This document shows positions 21,287 through 30,800 of a stretch of DNA of 42,303 nucleotides, piece after piece. Source of the DNA: Chloroflexota bacterium (GTDB lineage Bacteria > Chloroflexota > Limnocylindria > Limnocylindrales > Limnocylindraceae); the NCBI GenBank assembly GCA_041177405.1, contig JBEDBF010000001.1, positions 1 through 42,303 of the forward strand, in the 5' to 3' direction. The position numbers and the translations under genes are program-made. The notes under the pieces are model-generated. The model was not told where the DNA came from. It did no database searches and was given only the letters and a program-made list of their open reading frames with translations. Each line of letters starts with the position of its first letter. Within the stretch, counting starts at the first letter, position 1.

Positions 21287-22402
21287 ATGAAGCTATCGGT
21301 CATTCAGGAGAACCTCGCGCGGGGCCTCGCCATCGTTGGTCACGGCGTGGCCTCCCGAAACACGCTTCCGATCCTCTCCAACGTATACCTCGGCACCGAA
21401 GACGGCGGCCTTCGTTTGGTGGCGACGAACCTCGAGATTGCTGTCACCCACTGGGTCCCGGCAAAGATTGAAGAGAAGGGCGCCACAACGATCCCGGCGC
21501 GCCTGTTGAGCGACGTGGTGAACGGACTCCCGAACGAGAAGATTGACATCTCGCTTCTCCCAGACGGCCGCGTGCACTTGAAGTGCGGTCGAAGTGCCTC
21601 ACACCTTCGCGCCACACCTGCCGACGACTTCCCGCAAGTGGGAGCCGCAGGCGAGCGCGTCACCGCGCGAATCTCGCAGAAGGAGTTGCGCGCCGCACTT
21701 GACTCAACCGTCTTTGCCGCCGCAGGCGATGAGGCGCGACCGATCCTCACCGGCGTTCTCACAAGTTTCACCGGCGAGAAGGCAACCTTCGCCGCCGCAG
21801 ACAACTACCGGATCGCAGTAGCTGGCGCCGCGCTAGCAGAGGCTGCGCCCGAGACAAGCATCATCGTGCCAGCGCGCGCATACGCCGAACTCCTTCGCCT
21901 TCTCTCAGACGTAGACGATCTGGTTGAGATCACGTTGACGCCAGCAAAAAACCAACTGCAGTTCAAGCTCGGCGACACCATGCTGGTGAGCAGGCTGATT
22001 GACGGACAGTTTCCTCCATTCCAGCAGGTGATCCCAACCTCGCACACCACGAAGGCGGTTGTAGTGCGCGACGACTTCCTGCGCGCGGTTCGTCTTGCAC
22101 AAGTCGTCGCTGATGCGTCAGCTCACATCGTGCGTTTCGCAATAACCTCCGAGGGGGGCGGGGCGATCGATATCACCGCCGCCGCAGATGTTGGAGACCA
22201 CGCCGCGCACGTTGAGGCGAACGTTGAGGGCGAAGGGACAACCATCGCGTTCAATGCGAAGTACCTCGTCGATGTGCTCTCCCGCGTTGAAGCCGATCAG
22301 TTTTCGCTAGAGCTCACCGGGCCGATCGCACCAGGACTGCTTCGCCCGCTTGATGGGCGCGACTACCTCCACGTTGTGATGCCGGTTCGCACCCCCTCCT
22401 GA
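21287..22402 (+). CDS. dnaN: DNA polymerase III beta sliding clamp
   Basis: It follows dnaA and has typical length. MKLSVIQENLARGL ... LPILSNVYL ... ATNLEIA ... LIDGQFPPFQQVIP. Confidence 0.94.
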   Translation: MKLSVIQENLARGLAIVGHGVASRNTLPILSNVYLGTEDGGLRLVATNLEIAVTHWVPAKIEEKGATTIPARLLSDVVNGLPNEKIDISLLPDGRVHLKCGRSASHLRATPADDFPQVGAAGERVTARISQKELRAALDSTVFAAAGDEARPILTGVLTSFTGEKATFAAADNYRIAVAGAALAEAAPETSIIVPARAYAELLRLLSDVDDLVEITLTPAKNQLQFKLGDTMLVSRLIDGQFPPFQQVIPTSHTTKAVVVRDDFLRAVRLAQVVADASAHIVRFAITSEGGGAIDITAAADVGDHAAHVEANVEGEGTTIAFNAKYLVDVLSRVEADQFSLELTGPIAPGLLRPLDGRDYLHVVMPVRTPS

Positions 22403-22466
22403 TCAGGCGCCGCCGCACACTGCGCGGCCCACAGACGCGCGAACCGAAGGAGAGGAGTAAGAGAAA

Positions 22467-23624
22467 TTGATTGAGCGCGTGCGTCTCCAGCAGATCCGCA
22501 GTTGGACCGCCGGAGAGATCCGCTTCTCTCCGGGTCCGCAGATCCTCTGGGGTGCGAATGGCGCAGGGAAAACCACGGCGGTTGAAGCGCTCCTGGTGGC
22601 GGCTACCGGCCGCTCGCATCGAGCCGGCGCCCTGCGTGAACTCGTGCAAGAGGGGGCGAGCAGCGGTTCGTTCACCGTCACGCTCCGCGACCCGGGCGAA
22701 GAGGCGGGCGACCCGCTCGCCGCGACCACGCTTGCGGCCGAAATCGGGCGCTCGGAACGAACACGCTATCTTGTCAACGGCACGGCGCGCAGGAGCGAGA
22801 CGCTCGGAGAGAGGCTCAAGGTTGCCGCCTTTGTCCCTGAAGAGACAGGGCTCGTGGTGGGCGCACCCTCCGTACGCCGCGCGGCACTTGACCGAATCGC
22901 AATCCAGTGGAAGCCCGGATACCGAACAGCGCTGACCAGATACGAACGCACACTTAAACAACGCAACCGCCTCCTGAAAGATGCGCTTGAGAGCGACGGT
23001 GCGGAGCGGCGCGCGATCAGCGCAGAGATGCGGCCTTGGACCGAGCTGCTCATTAGCAGCGGGGCCGAGATCGTTGCCGCTCGAGGTGAACTGCTGCGCG
23101 CACTCGCTGCACCGCTTGCGGCCGCGCATCACGACGTAGCCCCAACCGAGGGCGAACTACGCGTGCACTACGTTTCTCGTGAGGGACATCTGATCGACGA
23201 AGGGGTTGACGCCGCCGCCGCTCGCTTGCGCACCTCGTTCGACGAGACGGCGGAGAGCGAGGGCTACCAGGGACATACACTTGTCGGCCCACATCGTGAC
23301 GACCTCGCGTTTCACGTTGACGAAAAGGATCTCGCGCCCATTGCATCGCGAGGCCAACAGCGCAGCCTCCTCCTCGCGCTCCTGTTTGCCGAGATCGAGC
23401 TGCTCACCACCGATCGTGGCGAGCCGCCCCTCCTCCTCCTCGACGACGCCTTTTCCGAACTCGACCCAGAGCGGCGCGACCACCTCGTAGAGCGGCTCGT
23501 CTCGCTCCCGCAAACAATCATCACCACCACAACGCTTGCAGACCTCGCTCCACGTCTCGTTGCTGTGAGCAGAGCCCAAGAGGTGATTCAAGGTCCACGC
23601 GGAAGCGAAGTGCACCATGGTTGA
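22467..23624 (+). CDS. recF: DNA replication/repair protein RecF
   Basis: Walker A GANGAGKTTAVEAL, signature-like GSRGQQRSLLLAL, Walker B PLLLLDDAFSELD. TTG start after AAGGAGAGGAG. Confidence 0.9.
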   Translation: MIERVRLQQIRSWTAGEIRFSPGPQILWGANGAGKTTAVEALLVAATGRSHRAGALRELVQEGASSGSFTVTLRDPGEEAGDPLAATTLAAEIGRSERTRYLVNGTARRSETLGERLKVAAFVPEETGLVVGAPSVRRAALDRIAIQWKPGYRTALTRYERTLKQRNRLLKDALESDGAERRAISAEMRPWTELLISSGAEIVAARGELLRALAAPLAAAHHDVAPTEGELRVHYVSREGHLIDEGVDAAAARLRTSFDETAESEGYQGHTLVGPHRDDLAFHVDEKDLAPIASRGQQRSLLLALLFAEIELLTTDRGEPPLLLLDDAFSELDPERRDHLVERLVSLPQTIITTTTLADLAPRLVAVSRAQEVIQGPRGSEVHHG

Positions 23625-23964
23625 GAGGCGTGAACGGAAAGGGAAACCACAGAAGCTGAGCGCGCTGATCCCTGAGGCGGCGCGGGCGCTCGGGTATGAG
23701 GAGGAGCTTGAGCTCTCGCGGCGTGCGCGTGTCTTTCAGGAGCTTCTCAATCAAATCGCACCGCACCTCGCGCCGCACTGTCGCCTCACTGGAGGCGAGA
23801 GTGGCCGTCTCATCATTGAGGTTGATGATCGTGCAACTGCACAAGAGCTCCACCTGCGCAGCGCAGAGATCGCGGGCGCGTACTCGAGCCACCCCAGCGG
23901 GATGCGCGCGATCGGCCTGACCGTGCGCCTTGGACGAAGCGGCGACGATACCGAGCGGCACTAG
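23617..23964 (+). CDS. DUF721-domain protein (the family that includes the DciA helicase-loading factor)
   Basis: A small ORF overlapping the recF stop by 8 nt, in the conserved recF-DUF721 position. The pattern LSALIPEAARALG ... GRLIIEVDDRATAQELHL fits DUF721 as I remember it. Confidence 0.7.
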   Translation: MVERRERKGKPQKLSALIPEAARALGYEEELELSRRARVFQELLNQIAPHLAPHCRLTGGESGRLIIEVDDRATAQELHLRSAEIAGAYSSHPSGMRAIGLTVRLGRSGDDTERH

Positions 23965-23980
23965 GCGTATCCTCTGCAGA

Positions 23981-26464
23981 ATGAACGAAGGACGCAGAAC
24001 AACAAACGCGACAACCAACGCGCAGCCAACCCTACTCATCGGCTCGTCGACACTCGTCGCAGCAGGAGATTGCGCACTCCTCCTCCGCATGCCAACAAGC
24101 CCGACCACCGCTCGCACGCTCGGCGCGCGAGCGATACTCCTCTCAGCACCCGAAGCGAGCGCATCGCAGCGTAAGGCAGCAGCGGAACGAGCCCTCAACC
24201 TCTTTGACCAAGGAGACGGGAGTGCCGGTGAGCGCGCGCGCAACGTGATCGTCACCCTCCGCGAGCAGTTGGGTGAGCGCAGCGAGTTCTGCATGGTCGG
24301 CCTCCTTCGCCGCGAGGCGTGGGCCGCATCAAGCGGGAGCATTACCGCAGTGGCCTCACTGCTTCGTGAGAGCCGACACGTCACCGTGCTGCTCCCCAGC
24401 GGCGCACCAGGTGCGACATCCAAAACCGCACAACGACAAGGAGTGATCACCGGGCGCGTGGCGCTCGCCACAGGGGACCGCATCGCCTTGGCTGTTAGCG
24501 AGGAAGAGGCACGAGCGCTGCTAAAGCGTCGTCCAGGTGCGATGGGCGACACCCCGCAACTTGAACTTCTGCTTGCAAATGAAGAGCCCACACCGCCACC
24601 GTCGCGTACCGTCGCACGTACGAGCGACACGCTGTTGACTATCCCGGCAGACAACATCGCGCAGGCGAAAGCACGCGCACGCGCACGATGGGAAGAGGGG
24701 AACGACGAGCGAAGCGAGTTGATCGCCGCCGCCGTGCCACCAAAACCAGAGGGGGATCGCCGCCGCCCTGAAAGCCCAACCGAGCCGTACACGCCGATCG
24801 ATCGAGCGGCACAGGCGGTGCTCGCAGAGCGCCGCGGAGGGGGTCCGCGCGGGGGAGTGCCAACCCGCGGCCCAGTTGAGCCCGCTGCCCAACCGAGTCG
24901 CGAGGCAAGAAGCCGCGAAGCGGTTCGACGCGCGGCGCAAGCACGCGCAGAGCGCAGCCCTGGCGCTGAACCAGCAATCGAGCGATCGCGAGCCGAACGC
25001 GGCGCGCGCCCACTCTCGCCGCTGCAGGTTGCAACCAGACGCCTCGCCAACGCGGCAGAGCGGCGCTTCCCGTGGCTCGCGTCACGAGTGCCGGCCCCAA
25101 GCCTTGATGTCGAACGCAAGCGCGACACCTCACCAGAGAAGGCGATCGTCCGCGGCCGTCGACGCAGCGCCACCGTGCTGCTTGTTGCCATCCTCATCAC
25201 GGCAACCGGCGGAGTGGCAAGTGTGTACCTCAACCGCTCTGACCCAACACTCGACGCGGTGGCGAATGCCCGTGAGGCACTTGCGGAGGCGAGCCGAGCG
25301 GTTGAAGAGGCGCTAAACCCAGTCACCAATTTGTTGGCAAGCGATCCGGAGCGCGCGCGAACACTCCTTGTGGGCGCGACAGAGAAGCTCATCACCGCTG
25401 AAAATGGCGGAGCGTCGCAGACGGAGATCAGCGCGCTGCGTGAAAGAATGGAACCAGCGCTCGACAAACTCTTCCTCCTCACTCGTGCCCCAGTGTTTGA
25501 TGTGTTTGACTTCAGCTCCGCAACGGTGCCAATTAACATCACGGCAATCACGCAAGGCCCAGACGGATATAGCTATATCCTTGATGACTATTCTGGTGCG
25601 GTCTATCGAGTGGATCCAGCCGCCCAGCCAAATCCGCGCGCCACTGTTGTCTATCAACCTGGATATGAACTGTTTGGTAGCACCACAGGGCGCGCACAAA
25701 CGATCACCGCATCAGGACCAGACATCCTGATCTTTGACACATCATCAAACTTGTGGCGCTGGCGACCCGCTGATTTGAGCGGAAAAGGAACGCTTGTCAA
25801 GTTACGTGTTCGAGACGGTGAGCTCTGGGGGAACGACGTAAAGATCATTTCTGGGTTCGCTGCAGATGAGGGGACAGGGCTGTATCGAATCTATGTGGTC
25901 GATCCATCTGCGCGTCAGATTCTGCGCTACACACCGGCCCCCGACGGGACGGGATACCCCGCTGCACCGACCGGATACTTGATCAATCCTGCGTCGCTCA
26001 CCAACGTTGACGCAATGGCAATTGATGGAGACCTCTACCTTGCGCAAGGTGGGGCCGTCCAACGATACGTCGGCGGCTCCGTTGACGAGTGGGCTCCCGC
26101 AGATCCTGGGGACAGTGTGATCCGTCGCGCTCCCGAGATTCGCCTCATCATGTCGGCCGGCGCGAGACGGACGGGCGTTCTATACGGTTGGGACACGCGC
26201 AACCAACGGATGCTTGCGTATAGCAAGGGCGCGTCTGGGAGCGTGCTTGCGCAGTATCAACTCGTGGCGAGCGACGGCGTCGTTGCAGACATCGTTGGGG
26301 GCTACATCGCGCTTGCTCGAGACGGTGGAGCCCCAACGTTTATCTGGGCCGAATCGGGTCGGATTAGAGGTGCGGTGCTCGGCTCGCCGATCACTCCTGG
26401 TGCGAGCCCAACGCCGGTTCCTACCGCCGTTCCCGTGATCGAGTTGCCAAGCTCCCAGCCGTAG
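23981..26464 (+). CDS. Hypothetical single-pass membrane protein: cytoplasmic globular domain, Arg/Pro/Glu-rich disordered region, TM helix, repeat-rich (beta-propeller-like) outer domain
   Basis: Long ORF with protein-like composition. TM helix ATVLLVAILITATGGVASVYL at 25169-25231. The C-terminal half shows recurring strand motifs (AVYRVDP, LWRWRP, ILRYTP, VQRYVG, MLAYSK). I prefer ATG 23981 (17 nt after the DUF721 stop) over TTG 23930. Confidence 0.75.
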   Translation: MNEGRRTTNATTNAQPTLLIGSSTLVAAGDCALLLRMPTSPTTARTLGARAILLSAPEASASQRKAAAERALNLFDQGDGSAGERARNVIVTLREQLGERSEFCMVGLLRREAWAASSGSITAVASLLRESRHVTVLLPSGAPGATSKTAQRQGVITGRVALATGDRIALAVSEEEARALLKRRPGAMGDTPQLELLLANEEPTPPPSRTVARTSDTLLTIPADNIAQAKARARARWEEGNDERSELIAAAVPPKPEGDRRRPESPTEPYTPIDRAAQAVLAERRGGGPRGGVPTRGPVEPAAQPSREARSREAVRRAAQARAERSPGAEPAIERSRAERGARPLSPLQVATRRLANAAERRFPWLASRVPAPSLDVERKRDTSPEKAIVRGRRRSATVLLVAILITATGGVASVYLNRSDPTLDAVANAREALAEASRAVEEALNPVTNLLASDPERARTLLVGATEKLITAENGGASQTEISALRERMEPALDKLFLLTRAPVFDVFDFSSATVPINITAITQGPDGYSYILDDYSGAVYRVDPAAQPNPRATVVYQPGYELFGSTTGRAQTITASGPDILIFDTSSNLWRWRPADLSGKGTLVKLRVRDGELWGNDVKIISGFAADEGTGLYRIYVVDPSARQILRYTPAPDGTGYPAAPTGYLINPASLTNVDAMAIDGDLYLAQGGAVQRYVGGSVDEWAPADPGDSVIRRAPEIRLIMSAGARRTGVLYGWDTRNQRMLAYSKGASGSVLAQYQLVASDGVVADIVGGYIALARDGGAPTFIWAESGRIRGAVLGSPITPGASPTPVPTAVPVIELPSSQP

Positions 26465-26518
26465 CACGCCCCTCACACGTGCCGCGCATGGGGCGGCGAA
26501 GGGTGGGATCATCAAGAG

Positions 26519-27025
26519 ATGGATCTACGTCGAGCGGTGGTCGAGGGGGTTCGCGTCCAGATGCTCTCTGGAACGCACATCCTGTTGCTCCGGGATGCCG
26601 AGGAGCGACGCTATCTGCCGATCCCGATCGGTCCAAACGAAGCGAACGCAATCGCATATCACCTGCAGGGCGTTCGACCTGAGCGTCCACTCACACACGA
26701 CATCGCCACACTGATGATGAGCGCACTCGGGGCAGAACTGCGTGAGGTTCGAATCGTGGAACTTCGTGACGAAACCTTCCGCGCCCGAATGTTGGTCGCC
26801 CCCGCCGGTGGGGAGACGCAGGAACTTGACGCGCGACCGAGTGACGCCGTTGCGCTCGCCCTGAGAGCAAACGCACCGATCTTCATCTCACTCGACCTTC
26901 TGGCGGCCGAGGGGATCGTGCCTGAGGCGGCCGAAGAGGAGCGCCTCTCGCTCTTCCGAGACTTCGTGAACTCGCTAGACGGCGATCAGCCGAACGAGGC
27001 GAGCGGGGGCAACCAGGAGCGCTGA
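26519..27025 (+). CDS. DUF151 / bifunctional nuclease family protein
   Basis: ILLLRDAEERRYLPIPIGPNEANAIAYHLQGVRPERPLTHD ... ARPSDAVALALRANAPIF matches the BFN/DUF151 pattern. Confidence 0.8.
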   Translation: MDLRRAVVEGVRVQMLSGTHILLLRDAEERRYLPIPIGPNEANAIAYHLQGVRPERPLTHDIATLMMSALGAELREVRIVELRDETFRARMLVAPAGGETQELDARPSDAVALALRANAPIFISLDLLAAEGIVPEAAEEERLSLFRDFVNSLDGDQPNEASGGNQER

Positions 27026-27026
27026 C

Positions 27027-27773
27027 CTACAGGAGCGGGAGCCCGCGATTGAGTGCCGTCGCACGACGAAACCACATGGCTAACCGAAGCGACCAAAAGT
27101 CGCGAACCGCCGTAACGACAACAGAGAGCCGCGCGCCACTAGCAGATCCAGCAACACGCGGGAAGTGCGGCACGCCAACTTCAACCATGTGCACGCCACG
27201 AGCACGTAACTTGATGATCAACTCCGCAGAGAAGAATGCGCCGTTAGACGCGATTGAAATGTCTTGCAGCGCAGACCGAGGAAAGAGCTTCATTGCGCAG
27301 TCAACATCACGGACCGGCAACCCAAACCAGAGACGATTCGCCACACGGTAGAGAGCGGCGTACGCTTTTCGTACCAACGGATCAGCGCGCTTGATCCGAT
27401 AGCCGAGCACCACCGTCTCACTGTTTGGCGCACCCGCAATTAGCGCTGCAAGGTCAGCGATTTGAAACTGTCGATCACCGTCGGTAAATGCGATCCACTT
27501 GTATCGCGCGCCGCGAAATCCCGACCGAAGGGCGCCGCCGTATCCGCGATTCACCTCATGCCGAATCACGCGGACGACGTTCGGGTGCGACCTCTCAAGG
27601 TTCGCCGCAACTATTGGCGTCGCGTCGCGTGATCCGTCATCGACAAGAATCACCTCATACCGCACAGCAAGCGCCGGGAGCGCACTCAGAGCGTCGGCAA
27701 CAAGCGACTCAAGGTTCTCCGCCTCGTTGTGACACGGAAAGAAGAGGGAGAGCTCATCAATTGGTATCTGCAC
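27027..27773 (-). CDS. GT2-family polyprenyl/dolichyl-phosphate sugar synthase (Ppm1/DPM1-like)
   Basis: LSLFFPCHNEAENL, EVILVDDGSRDAT, NRGYGGALRSGF, FTDGDRQF. GTG start preceded by GGAGGGGG. Confidence 0.85.
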   Translation of the reverse strand: MQIPIDELSLFFPCHNEAENLESLVADALSALPALAVRYEVILVDDGSRDATPIVAANLERSHPNVVRVIRHEVNRGYGGALRSGFRGARYKWIAFTDGDRQFQIADLAALIAGAPNSETVVLGYRIKRADPLVRKAYAALYRVANRLWFGLPVRDVDCAMKLFPRSALQDISIASNGAFFSAELIIKLRARGVHMVEVGVPHFPRVAGSASGARLSVVVTAVRDFWSLRLAMWFRRATALNRGLPLL

Positions 27774-27801
27774 CTGCCCCCTCCACGGCTACACTCTCCG
27801 T

Positions 27802-30800
27802 ATGAGCACTTCGCTGATCATCGCTTTGGCCGTCGCGCTGCGCATGATCATCGCATACGTGCTCCTGCCGGCAGACGCTGGATTCACAGCAGACCTAGAA
27901 GCATTTCGATTCTGGGCGGCCGACCTTGGCGCGAACGGCCCACTGGGCTCATATGAGCGCGGCTACTTTCTGGACTATCTCCCAGGCTATCTCTGGATTC
28001 TCTGGCCACTCGGCGCACTAAGCGGCGCGCTAACCGGATCCTTCGATCCAGGCGCACTGATCAAGCTTCCAGGGATTCTCGCTGACGGCTTGCTCATCCT
28101 CGTGACGGTTCGGTTGGCGAGCGAGCTTGGTGCATCAACGCGCGCGCAGCGCGTGGTGGCACTTCTGCTCGCGTTCACTCCAGTCGTCTGGCTGAACTCA
28201 GCGGTATGGGGACAAGTTGACGCCGTTGGAACGAGCGCCCTCATCGTTGCGGTGACCGAGCTGATCAAGGGGCGCACGCTCCGCGGTGCCGCTCTTGCAG
28301 CACTCGCCGCGGTGATCAAGCCGCAGTTCGGCATCCTGATTCCACTGATCGCCGTGATCGCCGTTGTGCGTGCGCGGCGCAGTGGCGACGCCTGGTCGCT
28401 CCCGCTGGTCGCGCTTACCGGGACGGCGGTCGTCTCAGTTATCGCACTGCCGTTCGGGCTTACCGTCATCGACGTGATTCAGCGGGTTGGGACGGCGGCG
28501 GCAACATATCCATACCTGAGCGTGAACGCGTGGAATCTCTGGGCACTCGCTGATAGCGGTGGGACAGGCATCATCCTGAACGGCGGCTGGGGGAGCGACA
28601 CGGTCCCGCTCTTTGGGTTCGGCCCACCGGCACTCTTTGTCGGCACACTGTTGCTCGTGGCGGCGATCGCCGTGGCAGGGTGGGCGGCGAGACACGACGA
28701 ACGCACCAGAACGGTCGCCGCACTCGCACTGATCGCGATCGCCTTCTTTCTTCTCCCAACCCGCGTGCACGAGCGCTACCTCTTCCCCGCCGTCCCTCTC
28801 ACCCTTGCGCTTGCGGCAGCGCACCCTCGCTGGCGAATCGTTGCGGCGCTCACCGCCCTCGTGCTGATCATCAACACATGGGGCGTGCTCACCCTTGAGT
28901 ACCTCCAAAGCCCAGGGATTCCAGATCTCGGCCCAATCACCGACGCGCTTCACAGCCCAACCGCGATCATCACCGCCGTTTGCGCAACCACCGTTGCATT
29001 TGCTGTCGCCGGCCATCAACTCCTGCAACTGCCGACGGGTGAATCAAGAGTGGTTCGACGAAGGGCAGCACCCGTTCGGGTGATTGACGAAACGAACAGT
29101 TCCAGCGCTGCACCACGGGCACGCCTCACTCGCGTGGACCTCTGGATGCTCGCCGTTATTGCGGTAACCGCACTCTCGCTGCGTGGATGGCGTGTGGGAG
29201 AGCCAACACGATTCCACTTTGATGAGGTCTACCATGTGCGCACAGCAACCGAGTTCATGCAGCACTGGCGATATGGCGAGCCGCATGCAATCTACGAATA
29301 CACACACCCGCACCTCGCAAAGTACGCGATTGCCGGCGGACTCGAGCTCTTCGGTGCACCACGTGTTGATGGTGGGGGTACGTACGGCGCACCGATCCTG
29401 GCCATTGCATCGCGTCAGGAAGGCGCACAGGGGGCGCCGCGCATCTGGGTTGCGACAGCTGCGGGGATCGATGTCATCAGCTCCGAAACCCGCGCAATCA
29501 TCGCTCGCATTGACGAGCCCGGCGTTCGTGCACTCAGCGTTGCGGGTGACGGATCACTCTGGGGTATCTCAGCGCGCGGAGAGGTGCTTCACGCGCCTGG
29601 CGACGCAGTCGAGGGAGCAGAGAACAACCCGCTCACACGATGGGACATCAGCGTGCCAACCATTCACACGGTGCGCGGTGCTGGTGACGTTGCGTTCGTA
29701 GCCACAACGAGTGAGGTGCTACGCGTAGAGCGCGGTGCGGTTACGGCGCGAGCCGACGTCGATGGTGTGCACGCCATCGAAACCGTACGTGTTGACGAGA
29801 CGAGCCACCTAATCGTCGCTGGAAGTACCGGACTCACGCTGCTGAAAGCGGATGACCTGAGTGGCGCGCAACGCACCGCCGTGACCGGCGGCGTGGTTGC
29901 CATTGGGGTGATTGACTGGTTTGACGAACCGCGCGTCTATGCGGCGGGGAGAGACGAGATCACCGCCTTCACGCTTCGATCAGACACAGAAGCCTCACGC
30001 GTGGCATCGATCAGTATCTCTGGAGCCTCAGCAATCATTGTCAACAACGCAACAAGAGTTGTGCACGCCGTGGCACCAACACGCGCAGCGAGTAGCGGCG
30101 CGGCGCTCTGGAGTATTGAGCCGAACGGAAACGCCTATTTTGCAGACACTGAACTTCGCAACCCAGAGTCGCAGAACCCCGAGCCACTCATGAGCAGTGC
30201 GGTGGTGGGAGCCGTGATCGATGGCTCGGCGGAACTGCCAGACGGTGGACGCGGAGAGTTGATCACCGCTTGGCCCAACGGCGAGATGGTGCAGGTTGCT
30301 GTGGGCGACCTCTCTTCGGGGTGGCGCTGGCCAGGGGTAATCGCGGGAGCCGCCGCTGCGGCACTCCTCGCACTCCTTGCGCGACTACTAACGGAGCGCC
30401 GCGATGTTGCGGCGCTCACCGGTCTCCTCGCGCTGCTTGATGGCGCGGGGTTCGTACAGAGCCGCATCGGGATGAACGACGCCTTCCTGCTCGCGGCGCT
30501 TCTCGCCGCCGCATGTGCGTTTGTTGCGTGGGCTCAAGGTCGAGCGCGCGGAGCCGCAGGGGGAAGCCTCCTCCTCCTTGCCGCCGGTTCCGCGCTCGGC
30601 TTGGCACTCGCAAGCAAGTGGGTGGCGCTCTACGGGATCGGCGCACTCGGGCTGATCTGGCTCGCACGCAGCGCGTGGGGGCGAGCCCTCGCCGTTGTGG
30701 GCCTTATCGGAATCGGCGCGCTCCTCCTCCCCTCCGCACTCTCCGTTCCCGCCGACGGGGGACGCCTCCCCAATCTTCCCTTCCTCGCGGTTGTGACCCT

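Noticed and set aside
23521-25551. A 676-aa ORF on the minus strand, the longest unexplained ORF in the track.
   Set aside because: It lies antisense to recF, DUF721 and the 844-aa gene. Its translation is dominated by Arg, Ser, Ala and Pro with no motifs, which is typical of open antisense frames in GC-rich DNA. The sense-strand genes have clear family signatures or membrane topology.
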